DNA of 44,442 nucleotides, taken from NCBI GenBank assembly GCA_003614675.1, contig ML002308.1, positions 1 to 44,442 of the forward strand, in the 5' to 3' direction. Shown in pieces: positions 1 through 9,717 of the stretch. The position numbers were made by a program, and so were the translations under genes. The stretch is from Dimargaris cristalligena. Lineage: Eukaryota. Below the pieces are notes generated by a model. That model was not told where the DNA came from. It did not search any database and saw only the letters and a list, made by a program, of their open reading frames with translations. How positions within the stretch are numbered: position 1 is the first letter of the stretch; each line of letters begins with the position of its first letter.

Positions 1-214
1 TCCCTCTACTTAGTCATCCAATATTCTGGGACCTTCTCTCCCTTTCTCTATTATCTATCTATCATTTTATTTAGGCTTCCTCTTTCAAGTATAAATACTC
101 CCCCTTACTACCACCTCTTGGAACAGCAAGTCTATCATCACCTTTCCCTTTTATCACCTATCTTTTCAAATTAAGTTCAGTTTTCAAGGATTTGATTTCA
201 GTAATTTACACAGG

Positions 215-1460
215 GGTAAAACTGCAGATGATATTCATAAGCTTGGCAAGTCTTCTGTCATAGATGTACAAAACTATCAAATGGCCCTTTGAAAAAGAAA
301 AAATGTAAAGCAAGCTCTGTTTCACTTGGTTGTCAGGCAATTGTATACTGGCCAGCCCAGGGAATTCTCCATATAAGGGGCAATAAGTGAGTGAAATACC
401 CTTGTCATATGCATCATAAATGAATTTACTAAACATGTGCATCTTATTGATATCCTCATAGTAGGAGCTAGCAACCACTGGTAATAACTTAATTAGCTCA
501 GCTCTCACCATCCAGTTGGTTTAAACAAAATCTAAGCTGTCTGCCCATGCTATTGGAATACTAAGGATATAAAGAAACTAAAACTGGAAGTAAGGGAAGA
601 AAACAGCTAGAGGACAGTAGGTGCCTTTAGGTGGTTAGTTTTATTAAACTGTAATTTCAATAAGGTGAAACATAGGTAGCTAACATAAATAATCTCATGA
701 TAGTAGAATAAACTAATATAATTAGGTAAAACAGGATAGGATAAAGAACATGTAGGAACACATTCTTTTACACATACTTTAGTTTTGGCTTGGTTATTGT
801 GCAGGGCACCCATAGTCAGTACCAGAACTTCCTGTTCATTTCATATTGCATTGATGAAATCCTCCAGCAATCTGAAGGTGGCCCAAAACAGAGAATAGTC
901 AGCCTTAAATAATGACAACTATTTAATCATTTGCATAATATATACCAAGTTGGGATCAACCTGTACAGATGGTTTTCTAGAAATACTTTCCTGTGCAATG
1001 TTGCCCATTTTAGGCTACCACTCATTGTTTAGGTCTGAGGCAGCCTGGTGCTTATTATTCTACAAAAGCAAAACAAAGCAGGTAGATATATGTATATATA
1101 TGGGTGGGTTATGAAAATACTATTAATGTAACTTGCAAACCAATATTTGTAGTTGGCAAAAGTAAATGAAAAATGGCCATGGTAGTATAATGAATTGACA
1201 TAGGTAAATGTTAATGTAGTATTATGGTGTGTTTTTAAAATTGAATATACCAGCAGTGGCAAAGTACCATTGCCTGAAAACCATAAGCACTGGTATACTG
1301 ATAGCTGGGAGCCATAACCTACCTCTGTACACTGGAATTGCTGTTGGTTGGATATGCCACTCACTGGATTACTAGATAATGGAACACCTTAGGAAAGACT
1401 GGAGGTGAATTGGGCAAGGATTAGGCCAACCACAGAGACAATAATGAGGGCAGACTTTAT
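215..1460 (-). pseudogene. Decayed tandem paralog of the secreted-protein gene at 4217-6382 (exon 1, intron and 5' part of exon 2)
   Basis: Colinear similarity to about 5360-6382, e.g. 1021-1200 vs 5941-6120. The start codon is mutated ATG>ATA (1458-1460), exon 1 has a premature TAA (about 1389-1391), the GTAGGT donor is retained, a 222-bp insertion sits at 551-772, and CpGs are lost. ORF 206-511 (MVRAELIKLLPVVASSYYEDI...) aligns to RMVKDELHNFFPVVAKAYEDI... of the intact gene. Confidence 0.9.
551..772. mobile_element. Degenerate solo LTR (family B, copia-like termini) inserted in the pseudogene
   Basis: Absent from the intact paralog (5691 gcccataatttaatt). Termini are TATTGGAA...TTTACA, flanked by a near-perfect 5-bp duplication CATGC (546-550) / CATAC (773-777). 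Partial similarity to 39158-39416. Confidence 0.7.
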
Positions 1461-2190
1461 GGCTATACTTGGCAATGCAGCTAATGTAATAGAGAATATG
1501 ATACAGGTAAAAACACATTGAGTGAAGGAAATATAAGTAGAGTTATTCAAAGATAGTAGAGAGATACAGAGGAGCTTACCTGAGAGATGTAGGGGTATGA
1601 GACAGGGTAGGAAATGAGTAGTATTTATATATAATCATAGGACCATAGCCACTATGGGTCCCTTGTATCATGAGGAATGAGTTCAGACCCACAGAAAGAG
1701 GCTTAGGCCTGGAAATGGGTTGGCATTGGGTTCTAGATGAATTACATTGTAGTACTTGAGAGTGAAATACTGTGTAGGGTTTAGACAATGATCTATATAG
1801 CAGTTGTTGGTTGGGAACACAAAGTGGCTACACTCCCTTTATCCTAAAAGTCATGAATGGTTATTGATTGGCTGGCTATAGGGGAACTATAGTTGAATCA
1901 ATAGGCTAAAGTTGCAATAGCACTATAATCTGCCTTTCATGCCAAGATCCTCTGGTCTACTAATGTGCACTTAATTATAAGATATAGTCCTGTAGAATGG
2001 TCTCCATCCTCACTCATCAAGTCACTGTATGGCTATGATTTGTCCCCCTTTAACCACTGGCATTCACTTCACAAGAGTCCCTTATATAGTTACACCACAG
2101 GGTTGTTTTCCTACTCCCTCCTCTCCCCATTGACCCAAAAAGGCACCCAATTACAAAGGGACCCTCATCATAGATTTGACATGGGACCCA
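1461..2190. repeat. Duplicated upstream/promoter region, direct-orientation copy of about 6383-7120
   Basis: Colinear similarity, e.g. 2089 gttacaccacagggttgttttcctactccct vs 7017 gttacaccatagggtcgtttccctactccct, with CpG>TpG/CpA changes in this copy. Confidence 0.85.
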
Positions 2191-2260
2191 TTAATTGGTG
2201 CTAGTTCAATTTAATATAGGTTTTTATTTTCCCTGTTGAACTAGTATTCCCTTTGGGGTA

Positions 2261-2844
2261 TGTCACCTGGGTTTACCACTCTTAGTCCATCAAGAGTCCC
2301 AAGGATAGGCTTCTAATTGTAGATGGGGCTCGGGCTTGGCCAAGCAGGTCTTAGTGTTAGGTGGGGGGCATGGTACTAACTAATAAAGGCTACAAATACA
2401 GGTACAGACAAGGGGCATGCAGTGAGCATACTTACTAATCAATACAAGGCTGGTGAGTATATATGGAGTTTATTGAGGTAAACTAAGGGGGTAAGAATAA
2501 GCTGAAGAATTGGACCAGTTCTAATGGGGCCCAGTTATATATATATGGAGACCACTCCAGAGGGAGGCCCTGGGGGAAGGATACTACTAAGTCTAAGGTA
2601 TGGTGAAATAGGTCAAATGGACAGCCATTGGGGCCTAGAAGACTCTGGTGATAACTGGAAGAGTCTTCAGATCAGCACTTGAGTGATTAGTGTAAAGCAG
2701 TGGAGTCTGGAAGGGGAATAGTTATATATTATAGGGTGATCTCATAGTACTGGGTGTGGTCATGGGAAGGTTAATATGGCTCTATAAGGCCTATAGAGGC
2801 AGCCATCATTATGTCCAGATTAAGTCAGATTAGATGGGCTGACA
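2261..2844 (-). mobile_element. Solo LTR, family A copy 1 (584 bp)
   Basis: Termini TGTCA...TGACA (5-bp inverted repeat, TG...CA) with a perfect 5-bp TSD GGGTA at 2256-2260 and 2845-2849. Three further copies occur in the window. Strand inferred from the TATATATAA then AATAAA order. Confidence 0.88.
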
Positions 2845-3409
2845 GGGTAAAGTGATAAAGCTGGACAATTATAAGTCTCTGATTTATCCCCAACTACCCT
2901 CAACTAAACTGGTCACCCTGATGGTGGTAGTATATTTCATAAAAATAACCATTCACTCCCCTATACCTTTAATATCTTAAACCCCTCATTCCCCATCTAT
3001 GGTAGTCCACCTTCAACCTCCTAATTACATAATGTAAATAAACCTGACCTTCTTTACCATGCCTTAGTAGTTTCTTATTTTGGAACAAGCTGGCTATTAA
3101 TTTTGATAGTGTCCCTATATCTTAACCCAATTAACTGGTCTTTATATTTTATTCTTAGTACTTTCCACACTCTCTAGTAAGGCATGTCTTTATGTATATA
3201 ATTATCAATACTCAATCCCACTCAGGGGCCAGGTGCTAGTAGGAATAAGTACATTTTTTCTGTTCATTCTAGTACCATATATATGGCTACTTAATCCTCT
3301 ATAAAAGGGTTAACTAAAAAACCTTCTGAGCTCACTCTTTTTACCCTACAAGTATTTAGTCATTGGGTCAATTAGTCTAAATAACCTAAATAAAAATTAG
3401 GCTAGTCAA

Positions 3410-3991
3410 TGTTAAACTATCTAATCCTCCTTAATCTGGACACCTTAGTGCCCATCCCTATTAGGCCTTATAGTACCATATTAACCTTCCCATGGTCACC
3501 CCTGGTACTATGGGATTATCCTATATTATATAACCCTTCCCCTTCCAGACTCCACCTATTTACACTAATTACTTAAGTACTGATACAAATACTCTTCTGG
3601 TTACCATCAGAGTTGTCTGGATACTAATAACTATCCAGTCAGCCTATTTATCTATACCTTGGTCTTAGTAGTATCATTTCCTTAGGATCTCCTACTGGAG
3701 TAGTCCCTGTGTATATATAACCTGGCCCTATTGGGACTAATTAGATTCCTTAACTTATACTTACCCCTTAGTTTACCCCAATAAACTCTATATATACACA
3801 TTCCCTTTATACTGACTAGTAAGTGTGCCTACTGCATGTCCCTTGCCTATACATACACTTAGCCTTTATTAGTTAGTACTTTGCCTATACCTAATACTAG
3901 TAGCCTGCTTAACTGAACCTAAGCCCCACCTACCATTAGAAGCCTATCCTCGGGACTCTTAATGAACTATGAGTGGTTAACCTGGGTGACA
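3410..3991 (+). mobile_element. LTR family A copy 2 (inverted relative to copy 1)
   Basis: The reverse complement aligns along its full length with 2261-2844. Termini are TGTTA...GTGACA, with TATATATAA at 3712-3720 and AATAAA at 3780-3785. No matching TSD (GTCAA/AACCA). Confidence 0.85.
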
Positions 3992-4216
3992 AACCACACT
4001 GGCATTATTATTTTTTGGTGTAGGGTATTTATAAGATGCTTAACCACGCAAATTTTAAAACTAAAATTGTAAATTTATATTCAATAATAATTTTTTTAGA
4101 AAAATGGATTTTACCAATAGCATGATATAAGATGGCATATATTAAAAACAAATAAACATCTATATAGGTATTAGGGACTTCCCCAAGGCGTGCAAAAGCA
4201 ACCTGTTGGCTACTTA

Positions 4217-6382
4217 TTAGTTAGCAGTCGGCTCAAACTTAGTGCTATATTGGTTAAGCTCCGATTGAACAAGTGTCTTGTATAGATATTTTTCCTTAAA
4301 CTGGCGCAATTTGCCGTTAATGTCCTCAAATAAAAGATGGAATTTCTCCTCATCCGGGTTAGGAAGAGAGCTATCTGCCTCGGATGCCTCAGCCATAGGG
4401 TAATCTTCCTCATCGGTGTCGGACTGCTGGCTCTCATAGTCTTCAATCGATTGGTCTAGTTTAATGAGTTCCTGCTTAATCTCCGAGAGGGTTGGGAGAA
4501 TGCTCCTGTTGACGGAAGGCTGCGGGGGTCCATAACCTGAACCCAAGGGGTTTTGCACCATGGTATCGGGGTAAACCACATTGTCAAAGTTTTGGGTGAG
4601 ATTCTCAATTTCTTTGACGGTGATAAAGACTCTTGCCATATCTTCGACATCAATGAAACCAATTCTTGAGGTATTGGCCAACGAGTTGAGGCTCTGCAAG
4701 CTATGAACTATTTCGAGTAAAGGCGGGGTATCCTCATAAAGCATCCTCCGCAGGGGGTCACCTAATCGTCGATTGTGCCGAACCAAGATCTCTGCGGTAC
4801 CGTCGGCCGCCTGGGGGGCCATATAAACAAACCCGTGGAGGGTGAAGCGCCTGTAGCACGCGAACACGTCATCGGAGTTAGTGATTATGGCACCCGGTTT
4901 TTGAAACGTCTGGGCCAGGTAATTATGGGCATTAGTATAGCCCAGAGTTCGGATGCACGGAATATCGTTGATTAAGAATGGATTGCCAATCTCGGTGAAG
5001 AGTTGCTCGAAACCGGGAATTTGGTATTCGATGGCCCACAGGTAAAGAGTGGCTAAAAAGAGGTTATTAGTATCATGAAGGGCCCCCGAATTGTTGGCAT
5101 CCAATGGAATATTATTTGAGAATTTATATTTCACCTCATCGCTCTTTGGGGTTGCCGAATCACCTGTAGATGAACGATTGCCGTCAGCTGGGCCCTGTTC
5201 CCTTCCCGCCAGCTGGGGGTTCTTTCTTAGAGCGGGTCTCGCCGGTCTTTCCGTAGGCCTATCCGGAAGCTCTCCAGGTTCCATTTCCTCAGGTTCGGTG
5301 GAAAAAAAGGCGGGTTCCCCGAAATTAAACATCGGGACCGGTTCGGATGGGCGATTTTTTGCCGTAATTCCGCTGCGGATAATCATCTTAAGCTGGTCCA
5401 GTTTTCCGTCACGGACATACAGAGCAGCCAAATGACCTTTCACGTAATTAAAAAGGTGGAATAGGCTATTTTTGGCCAAGACGTTGGGCAGCTGAATTTG
5501 GGCCAGACCGGGTAATTTTCCGGACAAGGGGTAGTAGGTGGGTAAAATGCCCTTAGTATACGATTCGTAAACTAAGGTGCCAAACGTGTCGACAACTCTG
5601 ATATCCTCATAGGCTTTAGCAACTACCGGAAAAAAATTATGCAGCTCGTCTTTTACCATTCGATCGGTTCGAACGAAGTCTAAGCTGTCCGCCCATAATT
5701 TAATTTCTGCATGGTTACTGTGTAGGGCGTCCATAACTGGGGCTAGAATTTTCTGTTGTTCTGGGGATGCGCGCTTGAAAAATGTCGGTAAGCTATAGGT
5801 GGTCAGGAAGAGTGAATAGTCAGCCTCTGATAACGCTGACTGTGCAATAATTTGGGCACGACCCAACATGCCGCTATTAGCCTGTGCGAGCGGTTGGCCA
5901 GACATACCAGCCTGCGCAGTGTTGCTTATTTTAGGCTGCCGGTCATTGTTAGGGCCCGAGGTAGCCTGGCGCTTATTATTCTACAAAAGCGAAACAAAAC
6001 AGGTGGATATATGTATATATACGGGTGGACCATGAAAATACTATTAATGTACCTTGCAAACCAACATTTGTTGGTTGGCAAAAGTAAATGAATAATGGTC
6101 CTCGCGGTATAATGAATGGACACAGATCAACAACTATATAGCCAGCGGGTATATTTCATAGGCCAAATAAAACGGCGGCGTCAAAATATTATTGATTGAT
6201 ACCCACGAGTGGAGATATCCCGACAGCCGGGTGCAATAACCTACCTCCGCACGCCGGAATAGCTGTGGACTGGATACGCCACCGGCCAGGTTACTAGGTG
6301 GAGGAATCCTTTGGGGAAGACTGGAAGCAAATTGGGCGAGGGCTAGCCCAACCACAGAAATGGAAATGAGGGCGGACTTCAT
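4217..6382 (-). CDS. Lineage-specific predicted secreted protein, about 633 aa, 2 exons (6382-6245, 5980-4217)
   Basis: Exon 1 encodes MKSALISISVVGLALAQFASS-LPQRIPPPSNLAGGVSSPQLFRRAE (signal-peptide-like). Donor GTAGGT at 6244, acceptor TTTTGTAG ending 5981. The phase-0 splice joins in frame 25 codons upstream of the 562-aa ORF. No domain recognised. Confidence 0.8.
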
Positions 6383-8107
6383 GGCTACACTTGGCAATAC
6401 AGCTAATGGAATGGAGAGTACACTACTGGTAAAAACACGTTGAGTGAGGGCAATATAAGTAAAGTGGCTATCCGGAAATAGTAGAGAAATGCGCCGAGGT
6501 TTACCTGAGAGATGCAAGTGTACGAGACAGAGTAGGAAACGAAGGGTATTTATATATAATCGTGGGATGATAGCCATGGCGAGTCCACCATTTTGTGGGT
6601 ATAGGGGTTGAGGCCTATGGGTGAAAGGCTGGTGTCCTACGACAGTTGACCTCTGGGGTCGAAACCATTCCACTGTGTAGTACCCAAGAGCAAAGTGACA
6701 TGCAAGGTGTAGCAAACTGCCTGTATGTCGGCTATTAGTTGGGAACACAAAGTGGCTATGCTCCCATTGTTTTATTAATATTAAATGAATACTGATTGGT
6801 TGGCATTAGGGCGTCCGTATACAAGCCGGCGGGTTCAAATGGAGTCAGGGCCATTAAATCTACATTTGGTATAAAGGCCTTCAGTCCATGATATACGCAG
6901 AATTATAAGCCACAGTCCTGTGAAACGGTCTCCGGCGACGCTTGCCAAGCCGATGCATGACCATGGCAAGTCCAACTGCAATCACCGGTATCCACCTCAC
7001 TGGAGACCCTCGTAAAGTTACACCATAGGGTCGTTTCCCTACTCCCTATATCCCCTGCTTAACCAAAACGGCAACCATCTGCGAAGGGACCCGCGCTATA
7101 TATTAGGTCTGGGGCTGGGACCGACTGGTAGGCGCCGGTCTAATTGGTTTGATATCCACCGCACTCCCTTTATATTAAACGGCCCCCTTTGGGAAAAGGG
7201 ATGCTGTTGGATAAATTTAAGATACCGAGGTTTTTTTTTCGACTCTCGATTTAACCAGCGGCCCCAATGACAATAATCTGTTGTACATGAACAGATATTG
7301 GTCACCGTTTATCTTCAATGGACCGAAATTCACCCACCACCATCTGTTCATGGCTATCGAACCCGACACCTTCAAAACAATGGCTAAGATGAAAACTCTC
7401 ACCATTATCTAGCTAAAGCGGGAAAGTACTTGAGAGTTAAGCTGGTGATTTCTATAGGGAGTGTCCTTACACCTCGCCCCTACGAAATGGCCTTCATGTT
7501 TCGTTCCTTATGCTTGCTACGCTCTGTGAGGTTAGGCATTTGCTGAAGTATATAGTTGTCGAAACCTAACCCCATACCAGGACCAAATGCCAACAAGAAT
7601 AAATACCCTTCGGCCATTAGATTGACAGCCATTTACAAAGCTACTTTCGTCTTTATCGAGGAATCGTCGGTAAAACTGGTTGCATTCATTCGATTGACTC
7701 TCCAACTATTGCAGTTGGTAGTCCAGTGAGTCCAAGTAACTGGCAAGTTTAGCCCAATTCGTACCTTTCCTAACAAATCACACCAACGTTAAACACAAGT
7801 AATTACTACTTCACCCGATTTGGCCTGGCCAAATGCGGCTAACTCTAAAGCACTACCTCATTCAATGAGCTACAAAGCGCGGGACGGCGAACAACGTATA
7901 CGACTGACAGCTATTTTATACGGTATACAAAAGACTTGGCAATCCAAAGAAATGACAAAACAAGAGTGGCGCAGCTTTATAGTTTAACATTGATGGTGGA
8001 AATATATACGAAATGGTATACGTGTTGTCAGGGGGAGAGTGGAATGTGGGAGAAGGTGAGCCGCTACACACTCAAGTTAGGCCAACAAGTGAACAACGCG
8101 GGGAAAG

Positions 8108-8755
8108 TTAGGCAGAGATGCGCTTGAAGAAGGCGGACAGGGGACCCTTATCGTTGAGGTACTTGACGTAGCAACCATCGGGCTGGAGTTGACCGGCCTG
8201 ACGGGCTTCGATGTAGTCCTCACGGGAGAGCTTGGTGAAACCCCACTTCTTGGACAGAATAATCTTCTGGCGACCGGGGAACTTGTACTTGGCACGACGG
8301 AGGGCCTCAATGACCACGGCCTTGTTGCTGTCCTTAGTACGGACGGAGAAGAGGACCTGGCCAATGTTGACACGAGCCACGACACCGTTGGGCTTACCGA
8401 AAGCACCCCGCATACCGGTTTGGAGCCGATCCGCTCCGGCGCACGACAACATCTTGTTGATGCGCACGACGTGGAAGGGATGGACACGGACGCGCAGATG
8501 GAAGGAATCCTTACCGGACATCTTGGTGATGTACTTGTTGGCGCAAATACGGGCGGCTTCAAGGGCTTCGGAAGACAGCTGCTCGTATTCGTTGGACACC
8601 AGGTGGACGCACAGGGGGAATTCGTCGACACCGGCCTTCTTACGACCCAAGTCGTAAATTCTGATCTTGGCGTCGGGGACACCACGGCAGAACCGCGACT
8701 TAGGGTACGGCTTGTTCTTGCAGTAGCGGTAGCAACGAGCGGGACGGCGACCCAT
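8108..8755 (-). CDS. RPL10: 60S ribosomal protein L10 (uL16), 215 aa, intronless CDS
   Basis: [28 protein letters not shown]... and [25 protein letters not shown] are diagnostic. ATG at 8755-8753. Confidence 0.99.
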   Translation of the reverse strand: MGRRPARCYRYCKNKPYPKSRFCRGVPDAKIRIYDLGRKKAGVDEFPLCVHLVSNEYEQLSSEALEAARICANKYITKMSGKDSFHLRVRVHPFHVVRINKMLSCAGADRLQTGMRGAFGKPNGVVARVNIGQVLFSVRTKDSNKAVVIEALRRAKYKFPGRQKIILSKKWGFTKLSREDYIEARQAGQLQPDGCYVKYLNDKGPLSAFFKRISA

Positions 8756-8789
8756 TTTTAACAATATATGCTAAAGTTGATGGGGGTAT

Positions 8790-9164
8790 CTGCAAATGGG
8801 GGGAGGGTAGAGTAGCGTAACGTAATGTGCAGAGAGGGGGGGTCAGTTTAGACGGAGAAGATAATACAGGAAACTAGACTAGCGGTATTGTATGGACGAT
8901 GGATGGATGGATGGATGTGTGCGGGGGCGGTTATATGGACATGGGCTCGTTAGCGTCGACTCATAACTCACGCCCTATCCCCGGCTGACGGATCCATCGA
9001 GCCAGAGGATGGATGGATGTCTGGTCTGTAGTGTGCGCAGATGGTGAGGTGGCCAGGCAGGGGTCGTGCGGAATGGGCCGATTGACTATTGAACGAAATG
9101 ACGCATCGACAAAACGAAGTGTCCCGATTGTGGAGGGATTGTAGAAAAATGGGGCATGACTTAC
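8790..9164 (-). other. Putative 5'UTR intron of RPL10
   Basis: GTAAGT donor at 9164-9159, CTGAC branch-like motif near 8845, a pyrimidine tract and TTTGCAG acceptor ending 8790, 34 nt upstream of the ATG. Confidence 0.65.
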
Positions 9165-9329
9165 CAATTAGCAAATTTAGAGAGAGAAGGATGATAGTTG
9201 TCGGCAGCGAACGCCTGTTTATAATACTTACCACATGTTGCACCCCCCTACCTCCTAATGGCGCGAAGGCGTCTTGGTTTGGAATCACTGCCAGTTTAAT
9301 TACGGTTCATCTATCATGGAGCGATATCT

Positions 9330-9338
9330 GTCACGTGA
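9330..9338. promoter_or_regulatory. GTCACGTGA E-box (Cbf1/bHLH-type) in the divergent RPL10-DYS1 intergenic region
   Basis: Palindromic TCACGTGA at 9331-9338 matches the RTCACGTG consensus. Function is not shown. Confidence 0.35.
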
Positions 9339-9717
9339 TATAGCCCTATTTAAGTGGTTCTTTGATTTATTGAATATATAATTCTGAAAAATATACCACC
9401 ACTACCGATCGAGCAACACACATAGAGCCCCCCTCTATCTCTATGGAGCTGCCTAATCAACGGGCCCAGCAATGCAACCAGCCCCCCCCCACTACAAGCA
9501 CGTATGAGAAGCGTCAGCCAAAATATTGTCAAAGGGACAAATTCACCAGAACAAGAAAATAGCCCCAGTATGGTAGACATAGGACAATGCTAAACTCTGT
9601 GTAAAAGTCACCTAGGTCCATTACATTTATAAATGGCTAGACTTTTTCGCATTCCCCCCCTCATTTTAATAGCACTAAGAAAAAAACTCTTGACACCTAC
9701 GACGACCAAAACCAACC

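Noticed and set aside
1-200. Possible 3' end of another LTR (TATAAATA near 90, ends ...TTTCA at 200) truncating the pseudogene
   Set aside because: The left boundary is outside the window, and there is no second copy or TSD to confirm it.
2845-3409. Retrotransposon internal (pol) remnant between the two LTR copies
   Set aside because: No PBS or PPT next to the LTRs and no RT/RH/IN motifs were identifiable.
2261-3991. Single foldback/MITE element with about 580-bp terminal inverted repeats
   Set aside because: The left arm has its own TGTCA...TGACA ends and a GGGTA TSD, the outer flanks do not match, and the same unit occurs separately at 38.6 and 43.7 kb. Independent LTRs explain it better.
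6134-6748. 204-aa ORF as a standalone gene
   Set aside because: Only 6382-6245 behaves as coding (signal-peptide exon with a conserved donor). The rest is upstream sequence or intron read-through.
8077-8761. Long overlapping ORFs (202 aa alternate frame, 190 aa and 141 aa antisense) on RPL10
   Set aside because: These are expected shadows of strong codon bias in a highly expressed gene, with no recognisable protein features.
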